Source of the DNA: Phoronis australis
Taxonomy: Eukaryota; Animalia; Phoronida
Assembly: GCA_002633005.1 (NCBI GenBank)
Contig: NMRA01000258.1
Span: 186,001 to 250,000, forward strand
Reading direction: 5' to 3'
DNA length: 64,000 nucleotides
Each line of letters opens with the position of its first letter. Positions within the stretch are counted from its first letter, which is position 1. A model generated the notes under the pieces. The model saw nothing but the letters and a program-made list of their open reading frames with translations, had not been told where the DNA came from and searched no databases. A program made the position numbers and the translations under genes. Positions 12,801 through 24,800 of this stretch are shown here, piece by piece.

Positions 12801-15800
12801 CGACTGGCGTCATCAAGAGTGAAAATAGAATACTTAAATGAGCACGCGCAATAATCCCATGTTCAACAAACCGCATTGTACTGTACTTATACGCAACGAA
12901 AAATAAGACACATAATTTCCATAAAAATGATATCTTAATCCGGTGAAATTTTTCTCTCATGTCCTCTTACTTGTAAATCACTGATCTCTAGTTTGAATGC
13001 GGGTATCGTGTCGTCAGGATCTTTGACTTGAGAATTATATTCAGTTACCAGTGGTAACCTACTTTAGCAGACGACAATTTCCTGGTCGAAGCTTTGCGTG
13101 AAAAAAACGTGTTTTAAGCTAGTATAATAATTGGTAGACCTTAATTTATAAATTCAATTAATTTCTATAATACTTAAGTTTTCAATTGGTTTTGAGTAAA
13201 AGCATTATTTGGCAAAAATAGCCGGGCTTTTCTTAAAAGGTCACGACCTCCGACCCCGGGCCTCTGACATAGAAAGTAGTTACAAAGCCGTGGAGAGTCA
13301 GAAAAGTTAAATAGATTCATTGCAATGTTTCTCGTTTAGTATGTGGTATAAATAACGCCCCTCGGGCGATAATTCTCCAAAATCCACTAGGGCTCTAGAT
13401 AACGGGGGATAACGACTTCGCCATGTAATTATCTATATTTATGCAATAAAATTCTATGCTAAGGGCTAAAATGAGCTGTCAGTGGAATAAAGTTACAAAT
13501 AATCATTAAAATACTAACTTTAACATTCTCGATTAGTTGAGTTTTGGATTAGAATTATTGAATTAGAAATATAGGTTGCTTGCTCAACTCGAAGTTTCAC
13601 CTACGACAGGCGTACAAGTTGGACCACAACTGAAATCCGCCATGTTTAATATTTTAGGTCCTTGAATTCCGAGTTTTGAGATTGTTTTGGAAATTCGATC
13701 GCCAATTCACCACAAACGAGGACAGTTAATAGGATTTAGGAAAGATAAGGCTTCGAAGTTTATGCAATACCAGACTGAGGGAAGTGCACGCAGATTTTAT
13801 TTGGATTTTGGACAGTTGAAGTTGGGGGCCTCGGCTTGGCAAAGTTTTAGTTTCCAACCTTTATGTTTCTTATATATGGTTATGAGTCATCGGGAAACTC
13901 GAGCGCCTGTGATTGAAAAGTGAGCTCCATTCTAGTTATTCCAAAAACATTTCATTTGACATTTCACGTAATCACGTGTTTCGTCTTCGATTTCTCGTGA
14001 AAGCACCCTTTAGCGTTTTTATTTACTCCTAAGTGATGTAGGCCTGGAAAATCCATATAAAAGTGACGCAGCGGTTTATGGCTCTCAAGCAGTTCCTTAG
14101 ATGTTCCGTTGTCAATTTAATGCCTCTACTGAAAAAAGTGAATTTTTTAATCTTTTACGACTTTTACGTTATCGCATGTAATTTCTTCGCACTCCTGAAA
14201 CAAACTCCAATGGCCTTAAATCGTATCGTGGTACTATTTAAGGTATCTGGCAGTGGTGAGACTTAGCAGCTGTGACGTTATTATATCTGACCGTTATTTA
14301 CGCCTCGTGTGAAGGAAGAAACATTTGAAAAAATGCAAAACATAGAGAGAGTTCAATCTTTCCTAAAATAAAGCTAAGCAACGTCTGTGGACGCTTAGCA
14401 TTACAATCACTTAGTATAGAGACAAAACATTCAGCGGAAGGTATGTTTTTTAAAACCTTTCTTTCATTGAATTAAAATTTTTAAGTCACCTTGTTGTGGA
14501 TGGACTGGATTTCCGCCATTTTTCTCGGTTCGATAACCTCACCTTAATTCCTATAGTGGTCGCTTTACTGCCATGCTTTTCCTGAGTATAATAAGTATTA
14601 CGTTTCGCGGAAAATGCAAAGGCAAGATTTAGTCACTGGTACGGGTTAGGGTCAGGTTTAGTGCCTTCAAGTTATTAATCAGGTGTCTGTAAATGTACAT
14701 TACAGCGTCAAGCAGCTATGGTCAATGGGAAAACGAGTGCTCACCTTGCGCCCACAGGACACGGCCTATATTGTGCAACACTAATTCACAATCCAACGAG
14801 ACCCAGACGTGCGGCAACGATCAGCAGACGTGTTTCTGTCCCACACGTGAATACGTGATGCATTCGCAAGGTTGAAATTTCACAAGAATCATTACATGTC
14901 TTCTAGGCCAAAAACAGCATAATTGGTTATTATGGTCTGTCTGAGACCTGAGCCTTAGTGTTTAACGCACGATCTTATTTCAGCTGGTATCAGGTGATGT
15001 TAAAGTAACCCCACCCATTTCAGCTGGCATCACGTGACTTTTTATTTTTGAAAATATGGTCAAATTTGAAAATACCGTATGACCGCATCCATTTTCAAAA
15101 AAGAACCAATTATACTTATTTGTTGAACCTAACTTTTTACATTATAATCACTGTAATGGGTTTCGGTACAGAGAGGCCTGTGTGACGAAGGGGAGCGTAA
15201 ATTTTTTGAAAAGTGTGGTTGCTTCATAAATCTAGTTCCTTGCGACCAGGAAAGCTGGAGCGCACAAAATCACGAGTTCGTGTTCACTTGTAAAACAGCG
15301 GCCTTTGAAGTGTTTGGTCAGTGAAACTGGAATGGTAAATCTTGATAGAAAATTCGTCCCATGAGCGAAATTCTCTTACCGTAAGTGCCTCGCGAGTGCC
15401 TTTTTGGCGGAAACTACTTATGGTTTACGTGGTCGAGTAAAACATTGATGGCACGGCATGGTGTGTATGTTGATGCCGACGTCGGCGAAGTGATATTTTC
15501 AAGGCTCAGTTGAGTGGCTCTGGTAAGTAGAGTTATTAGTCCCTACATTTGCAGAGCTGCATTTCATCCTGTTAAGTTAGCTAAAAAACGAAAATCGAAT
15601 TACACTTTTTATCCCTCATAAAATATGTCTTACCGTGGTCGCTAACAATTACAACATTGAATCCATCAGCGACTCAAAAAATCGCCTTAGACATTATTGG
15701 TTCTGCCAAGCCCTGAAATGGCGATTTCGAAAAATGCGCAAACAGGCATTGCCTATGGCTTGAGTTGGTAACAAAAATGGAATCTTATAACGTAAGGAAT

Positions 15801-18800
15801 TTTGTGAGACCGATTTTATAAGAGTAGAACAATCAATTTGATTTTCGTTTGTACCCAGCTAAACATGGCGAATGCAGTTTTACGTATAGTTTAGGCCGCG
15901 ATACTCGCGTGTGAAACCTGATGAAATCACGTTTTTCTCTCCTTACGCATGGCGACGCAACGTCAAGACAGGATCCAGCCAAACTTGAATTCAGATTCCG
16001 TCTTTTTCTCGGACCCTGCATCCACATCATCCTGGGTCTCATTTGTAACATGCTTAAACTATTTCTTTCTAGGTGTAGAAGGTTGTGATCAGATGGAGTT
16101 CCTTCAAATATTTTCTGTTTTCAAACGTGAAATATCAGGTCACACCATCAGTATTAACTCAATGTCCAGTGGATGGCAGTGTGCAGTGCAGTGCTTCAGT
16201 GATTCTTCTTGCAAATCTGCTGATTTCACAAAACTCGATCAACACACTGGAAGTTGTCACTTTAAAAACATATCGTGGGACACTACTAAAGGTGACATCA
16301 GGAATCTACAAACTATTTCGTCCCATGCCACTCGACACATGGAGATAAGGTGTTTCAGTGAGTAGTGATAGTTATTTTCATCTTGATTTTTACGACGAAA
16401 TTTTGCTTTTAAGAGCATCCTCAAGCAAATTTGTACGTTCGAAAATTCCGGGAAGTTTCCGAAGCACCAGATTAAGACTTTTCATTTCGTTTCCCTGGTA
16501 ACATAGTTATTGTGATGTTACTTTCCATCCACGAATTTTCGTGTTTTTCCTAAACCAAGTGTACCTTTCAATTTGAAATTTTAACTACCATAAGAATCAT
16601 TAAAATGAATACAACTCCTAATAGTGATATGCTTGGTTTTGATTCTAAAGTGAGGCCGAACTATTATGTTTCCTGTTGTTATTCCGAGTGTTCTCAACTA
16701 GGGCATTTGGGCAATGAATTGCTAATTACTTGGTGTTACAATAAACATAAAATCCCATACACTTCACCAAAAACTCGCTTTTATCGCCAAACCCCGTTCT
16801 TGGATCAAAACCTTGACACATAACATCTGCCCAAGATGGCCGGTTGTTTGTATACAATCCCCCTAATTTAGGTTCTGTGAATTGAGCATTAGACTTGAAA
16901 TCCGCAGTTGACATTAAATGAAGTATGATCTTGTGTAGTAAACAGAATATCACTTCATGCAACATATTGGCGCAAAATTGATCGATAGCTATTCAAACTG
17001 AGCCACAGTGCTCAGACCAACACGGCAAGGAATTTTACTACACGTTTTGTCTATGAAACGCAGATCCATACGACTGCAAGACGAGCGAGAAGGGAGAAGA
17101 CTACAGCGGCACCATACGGTCTACACTTTCGGGTATCAGTTGTCAGCGGTGGGACTCACAAAGTCCACATACACATACAGCGACGCATCTCGGACCGGAG
17201 GAAAACTTTTGTCGAAACGTAACTCCAGATGTAGATCCGTATCCCTGGTGTTATACCGTTGACAATAGCAAACGCTTCGAGACCTGTGACGTTCCGTTTT
17301 GCCCTGGAGATAAAGGTAAAAACCATCCGTTCTGGTAATTCTTTCCAATATGGACGTCATTCGCATGTCTTCCCTATGAAATTTTTTAGAATTCTTGAGA
17401 TTTTTCTTTCAACGGAGCCCTTGTACTTCGGAAGCCTTGTCCATGTAAGTGCGACTTTCAGATGTGAGCAAAGCAGTCTGCAATAAGTTAAACTACGTAA
17501 TGTTTGGTTTTGTTGGGTTTCAGGAACGTTCCTTTGTCCTCCTGGATGGTACGGCATTACATCGAAATGTTACACGTTCTTTAACGAAGAGCATAACTTG
17601 TATCGTTATGATGACGTTGTCGACTACTGCAATCAGAGAAATGGATATGTCCTTACGATGAAGACACTCGAGAAATCGCTGGAAGTGGCGACACTTCTAA
17701 CGAGGTGATGTGGTAGCTTTTTTGAAAAGATGTTTCCACTGTACTTATTTGTCAAAACGAAAATCTTGAACTAGGCCCCACAATAAAGTACGTTTGAAAC
17801 CTTTAAGTACCATGTTAGCGACGACCTTCAGTTTATTGGTAAGTAAAAAAGTGTTATCAAGCCATCACTACTAACAGGGTTTGCCAACTCAACAAAAGAC
17901 CTAAACCAGGTGTTGATTGAAGTAAAATTAGAAAATCAAGTAATGAGATTTTCTCTTATTGCATCCGTCCCCACAGAATTTTTATGTTCACAATAGCTAT
18001 TTTCGAAATAACTGCGCCATATTCAAATTCACTATCCTGTCGGACAGTGGCCAAGTCTTTGGTGGAGAGACGTTAAGCGCCATCTGCTTATCCCATGTAA
18101 TACGTATGGGAGTTTTCAACATACTGGTATCAACTGCATTTTAACACATTTTCTCCTACCCTAAAAGAGGCGAATTTTCATGGATATGCAGTGGGATGTA
18201 TTTTAAGGTTACCGTAAAAGGCAGGCCTCTTGAAACGTCCATGGATGAAGGGCATCATATGCCCTATTCATTCATAATTGCGAAGAAGAATAGGCGGCTG
18301 CAGTCATTAGCTGCGACTCACGAAAAGGAAAAAATTCGATCCCTGTCGGTGTCAAAACTTTCAAATATTGAATTAGCGAACTTGACGTAATCAAACAACG
18401 GTAGAAGTTGACGCTGGGATTTTGACACTGATTTTCTATTAATATGGGAAGGCTTAAAACAATTTAAATTAATTCACCATTATATAGTTGTGAATTTCTG
18501 TACACGGTCGAATTTGAGTTGGGTTCAAGCTGGAGTCGCTTTCTCGCTCTCATTACTCAGGAGAGCACCACTATGATGAAAAGGCCTCTCTTGATTGTAG
18601 TTTCTATATCAGCAGCCGCGTGTGTTAAGAAAAAGGCGCCTTGGGGGTACGTTGGCCTGTGTGAACCTGTCGTGTTTCCAAATTACTTTACCGGAACATT
18701 CTATTACGCATGCGTTTGCTTGTAACTTCGTGGCTCCGTCAGCCAGGTATATTGCTCCAGGTTGACAACCCATAGCCGTGAGGAAGTTATATTGGTAAAT

Positions 18801-21800
18801 ACATAGATGCTGAGTTTTCCCAGTAGTGAAATGTATCACGAAATAAACACAGAACAATCAGGAACTCCAACTGGGAATCAAACCACAGGTCTCTAGATTG
18901 CCGGTCTAGTGCTCTTACCGCTGAAGACTAGATATCTGTGTAATTACTGTTTACAGTCAAGTGTTATATTAATGTGATATACATTTACTACAGATGCTGT
19001 TAGTTAATATTTAAAGACAAAATGTCCAAAAATGAAGTCATATGACATTTTCTAGTCAGCCGCTTTGTCATTCCCATTTATAATGTAAGAAAACATTAAA
19101 GGCGAAGGCAACCTTTTTTCTTGGTTTTACGTTGAGTTTACCGTGCAAATCTGGCTATTCTACTTTTGTTTTGTGCTGTTTTTCAACAATTGTCGCCACC
19201 ACTTTCCATCGGCGAGTATTCTGTGGCAAGATAGGTTAGTAGAGAACTCAACTACGTTGGATTTAGGGATTGTTTAGTGTGTTGTAAGCTGAAAATCATG
19301 GGCTGGAGTCGGTGACCCGTATCACAGTGACAGTAGTGTGAGTGACGGAGACCTTGTTCACAGCAGTGGTGACGAGGAATTTTTTCACGGACATTCAGTG
19401 GGTGGGTACATGTTTGAGCCCGAGTATAACGAGGCAGAGTACGCACAGGCACAGGCAGCTGTTGAGAGAAACGAGGCNNNNNNNNNNNNNNNNNNNNNNN
19501 NNNNNNNNNNNNNNNNNNNNNNNNNNNNNNNNNNNNNNNNNNNNNNNNNNNNNNNNNNNNNNNNNNNNNNNNNNNNNNNNNNNNNNNNNNNNNNNNNNNN
19601 NNNNNAGTCACTGTACTGGCCACAACTTGCGAGGCTTCTCGCTTCAAAAACGCACTTCTCGGGGGTGGCGACGGGGCACTGCCGGGAATCAACACAGACG
19701 GAATGGCATCCTTCTTCAGGCGTTGTTTCGCAGGGACCTTCATCAGTTCAGCGTTCAAATCCCTTTCGTAATCGGACGGCAGAAAGTGCTTGCCACACAC
19801 ACGGTAATTCTCGACTGCTTTTTACGTTGCGTGGACGGATAACGCTGCGTTCTTCACACGAACGAGACAAGTACGGCGAAGTGTGTCATCCATCGGAAAG
19901 CGATGCTAAGGTACTCCCAAAGCGCGCGTGAGACGATAATTAGTACATCCCGGTACGCAGCAACAGTGTGGCATGTTGACTGACTAGTAAATGAAAGCAA
20001 ACGACGACGTAACTTAACACAACCGAGGTAGAGCAATGACTGACTCGGCAGCTCTCACAGTCAGACTATATGAAAAGAAATTGGCGCGAAATGCTTGCCT
20101 CCTAAAACGTCACTTCCGGAGTAGCGGACGAGCAATTAGCAAAATTACGAAAAGCTGTAATTAAGTGGAAAATATGTCTAGGATAACCAACCAAACTTAT
20201 TTTAGCTCAAAATGACATGAAAAAAAGTTGTCTTCGCCTTTAAGTTACCCATAAAAAGTGGTCTCAAAATGCATCATCCATAACGGATCTGTTTGTCGGG
20301 ACTCAGAGTCACGTAAAACGATCCATTTCCGGTGGCAAAACTACTTCATGATAACATTTATACAGTGTTTTCTTGGTAACAAAGTAATTGTTCGTGCAGG
20401 AGTCAACCTAACAGGGTCCGTTTTGAATAATGCTTTTTTGTAGCTTGTAACGACCACGCTTTGTTTGTATGCTATATTTAGGTATGCCAGTATATTGCCA
20501 CCTCGTGACACCTTTTGGCTTGGACTGACAGATGAAGATGCATCTGATGCGAGGCAGTACACTTGGTCTGACGGCTCGTGGCTGACTAGTTTCGCGCTCT
20601 GGGATGACTTTCATCCTTCGAGCGATGAACTAAGACACGTCGTAATAAAGGTCGGCACTGATTTAAAATGGCGCCGTAATGCTGGTGAAGATCATCACGG
20701 TATCATTTGTGAAAAAGATGCTATCGGTAAGCCAAGAGATTTATATTTGAACACAGTTCATTTCGCCTCGTTTCGGCCTAAGGCACGGCATTAACTACGG
20801 TGCCATGGGTTCATTATACACCTGTGACGCAGTGTGCTTGCATGTGGTCACAAGTAGTGGAAGAGAAACTTTTAAAGCGACTATAAGGCTCCTTTTCTGA
20901 AAAAATAACATATTTTGATTTTTAAAAAGTACTTACCGATAGGAAATCGGTTTCAAAATATTCATTAGTTACAAGCTACGTGAAATCTCTGCTTTTGGAA
21001 AGTTATTGCTTGGGACTAGATTGTAAAATCGGGCTCGTTATGAAGTGTCATTTAATGCGTTGAACATGTACTCGAGCAATGGCGAAATGACATCTCTTTG
21101 TAAGGTCTAAAATCATTTAGCATCCGAGTAAGGAACAAGTTGAAACCAATTATATAAGGTACTACTTTTTGGACGCAATGAAGATTCAATGCATTTCTTG
21201 TTGTTATGATACGAATGGAGCAGGATCGCTACTAAAAGTGTTGGAACCACACATCTAGTGTAGTGTTGGATAACCACCGCTAGTATAGCGTTGGTATACA
21301 ACGGCTACTATTATAGTGTTCGAGGACCACTGCTAGTATAGTGTTGAAACACTACCGCTGGTATAATGTAAGAATACCACCGCTAGTATAGAGTTGAAAC
21401 ACTACCGCTGGTATAATGTATGAATACCACCGCTAGTATAGTGTTGAAACACTACCGCTGGTATAATGTAAGAATACCACCGCTAGTATAGAGTTGGAGC
21501 ACAACCAATAGTATTATGTGTTGAACACAACCGACAGTATTATGTATTGGAGCACAACCGATAGATTAAGTGTTAAAATAAGGAATCTTTGTAGTGGCTT
21601 TTACTGATCTTGTGTCCCCCCGTTTTTATTTTAAGTTCTCCCGGCATGTTATGGTCACTGGTCGTATGGTTCCATGGTAATCTATCAAAACGTGACGCAG
21701 CAACAGTGTCGTCGGACGTGTAAACAACGAGGCTACTTGTTTGCCGGATTTCGGGACGAAGAGAATTGCCGCTGCACAAATTACCTGGGTGTCTATAATT

Positions 21801-24800
21801 CGAGGAAAAGGTCGGAATGTAACACGTGTCAAGGACAATTCTGCTACTCTTGGATTTTGCTTGCTAAAGGTTTGGCAACGCCACTTTACCTTCCTGTGAT
21901 CAGATTTTAACATTTATTCTTCTAAGCATACATATTCATGATAATATTTCTCAAGTCATGTTTTACATGTCAATCAAGATAATGATTCAGACACTCAGGG
22001 CGCGTGAACAAGTAAATACAACAATTGCCCTCCATCTTTGTCCAACAAAGAGGGGCTGCCAGCAAAAGATGGTTTTACGATATCCTTTGATAGAGTGAAT
22101 GAAGAAAAGTACATATCATTGATAAAAACTTGTCTCAGAGCACATGATCAACTGAATATACGCCTTCATAAACAAGCTCAAAGTAAAAATCACCATTAAA
22201 ACATCCCGCAAATGTTTTAAACTAAATTGGAAAATATGCGGGTGACAGCGCACGCGACCTACGGAAACATGACGTCATTAATACAAATACACGTTCCATT
22301 GGATTACACTGTGGACACTGAAATGCATTTAAATGATAATTTTTCCACTATCAGTTGCGATATGAAATAGCTTACCGGAGCACCTAGTCTTGTTAATGAA
22401 CATAAGAGGAAAATTTGTGGTTCCTGTTGGAATTGTTTGAATGAAGCCTATCGTCCCAGTGACCTCGCTCAAAAGACTTGATATCGCAGGTATATTGCTG
22501 CTTGCAACTGCTCACGTGTTCAACCAGACCCATTTTGAGTATGGCCCCATGTGGTAACATGAAATATCGTGTAAAATCTTGCGGGGCGGTCGTAAGAGTA
22601 ATTATGATGGACGGAGCTTGAATTACCCGTTAAAAGCACGAATTCCTGGAGGAGTGTGTGTCAACATTGCGTGGAAAAGAAAAGTTTGACACATAAACTG
22701 TGGTTGACATGAAAACTCTGGCTGCTGGAAAAGTAATGACTTGATGAATACTTGGTATAGATGTCGAGCAATATGGGAAACCGCTGTAACGTGACCGTTC
22801 GATAAAGAAAAAGTGAAATTAATATTGGCACTCTATCAGTATTACGACAAAGTCTGCATAGCCCAATGGTGGTTTTACCGAGCTTCCCCTGCTATTCTTA
22901 GAAACATGGCTACGGGTAATGTGAGCAAATCATCCGAATTTGCAAAACAATTAAATTGTTTGATAATGAATTTCGTCCACACACCCTTGGTCTATTTGAT
23001 TTATTCACTGTTTTACACAGGTCCTTGGGAACGTAGAAATATAAAAAATGTGGGAAAAGACAAACTTGACTTCATTTAATTCATTCACCCAAGGTTGCAA
23101 GTTCTTCCACATACACAGCCCGCAGCAGATGCATTAAAATCTCCACTGTATAAAAATGCTATGTCTCATTAAAACTGTGAATATTTGAATTTGTAGCAAG
23201 CGCCACCTAGTGAATTCCTGTAGAGATTTGTATACAGCTATAGTCAGGAAAATTTGTAAATAAATTGCGGTTTTAAAGAAAACACCACAACTGATGAACT
23301 TAAAAGAGTGTGCCATGTAAAACACCATAGTAATTCCAAATTTTACGCAATCGTTATTTGATAGTGAAATGAACAGATAATAAAAACTATGTCTTGTTTA
23401 GTAGGGTAACGATGAATTATTACCACATTCATTTACATAAATATAGTCTCTCAAAACGAGATTTTCGCGAGATTGTAAAGGTTACTGGTTCTCGGGTGGT
23501 GTCCTGCACATCGAAGAACCCGGGGTTGTTTATAAATTAGCATTTCATTTGATATGCATCTTTAAGCCATCAGATCCCCAATAAGATATCGCCCCAGATG
23601 CTTAAAGGAGAATGCCACCCGATTTAATTAGTCTTTTTACCGTCTTAATCGGTCCATATCCTCATTGCCTCGCATACATATGACCTTACCTTGCCGAGAG
23701 GTGTCGCGTTAACCTGTGAGGAAGGTGAGAAACGACGCAGCGACGTCTGTGGTTCATTTGCAGCGTGAATGCCGCAATGTTGCGTTGCATCTTTCCCGCT
23801 TGTCCGAACTATGCAACAGAGGAGGAAAGCGGGTATATCGTTTTTTCGACTTCGAGTCCGAAATACTTAGGAAGTGGCTCGCGGTAGTGAAGAATGAAAA
23901 CTACGCTGTAAATAGCAAGTATGAGGCCGTGAGGCTGTCGTCGACAGTCGGCGTCTGACGCAAATGCCGGCTTACCAAATAAATATCCATACGTTCTGTT
24001 GCCTTCTACGGCGCTTCTCTAGTATTTCTTCATCACTGTATTACGTTTCGAACTGATAGCCTGTGAAACTTCACGATCCACCTGCGAAGTCTTCGTCGGA
24101 TGAGCTCTTGTCTAAATCAGGATTGCGAGTTGCCATGTTGACTGAGCGTTCTCTTTCAAAATGAATTATTCTCACCCTAACCAATACTCAAGTGAAACTG
24201 AAACAAAGTCTGTCTCATTAGATACAATTTGTAATGTCTTTGGAGTGTTCGTGAATGCAATGATTTGAGAAGCCAGCAATGAATAAATCACTGCGTCACG
24301 GGTTTTAGGTGCAATAAAACTAACTGACCGGACACCGAGGCCGTGTGACCGCATGTTAATTCAGTGTTTGCTGACAGAAATGCTGTGAAACAATAACTCA
24401 ATTTTCTATCCCACAGCCAAGTGTTAGGGGAATCTTTATTTACATATACGGTTCTGTGGCCAAAAAGGAACCTGAATTCGCAGCCCCCGACGAGTAAGTA
24501 GAATTGCAGTTTCGTGGCTAATTCACCAACATAATCACGTGCACATTACTTTTTTGCCTCACTAGTACAGTATTTTCTTGACTGAAAGTTTTAGTTTCCA
24601 ACTTTGGCTGGTTTATGTTCGTGATGTCTTCAGTCCGGCCGCGTCGGGACTGATCGGGTTCCGAGCCACTGGCCGGGATAACAAGCGTTTTGTTTGTTTA
24701 GAACTCAAAACATCACAATTCTAGACAACACAGATCTAGGCTCTCCTGTCTGTATTTCACGGAAGAATACTTCGAATTTATCTCCGAACAGACCCCAAAC

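Larger units (their letters stand above)
10851..13911 (-). mobile_element. CACAGGCGCT-TIR non-autonomous DNA transposon (P/hAT-type 8 bp TSD), older copy B
   Basis: Starts CACAGGCGCTTGAG, ends CTCGAGCGCCTGTG; flanks GTTGAAAA/ATTGAAAA (7/8 match); its halves are the reverse complement of copy A at 11598-12744. Confidence 0.75.
9800..14250 (-). pseudogene. Decayed pogo/Tigger-like (CENP-B HTH + DDE_1) transposase, interrupted at 10851-13911
   Basis: Minus-strand translation gives [51 protein letters not shown] and WIDSE with stops and frameshifts. Outer boundaries are approximate. Confidence 0.7.
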
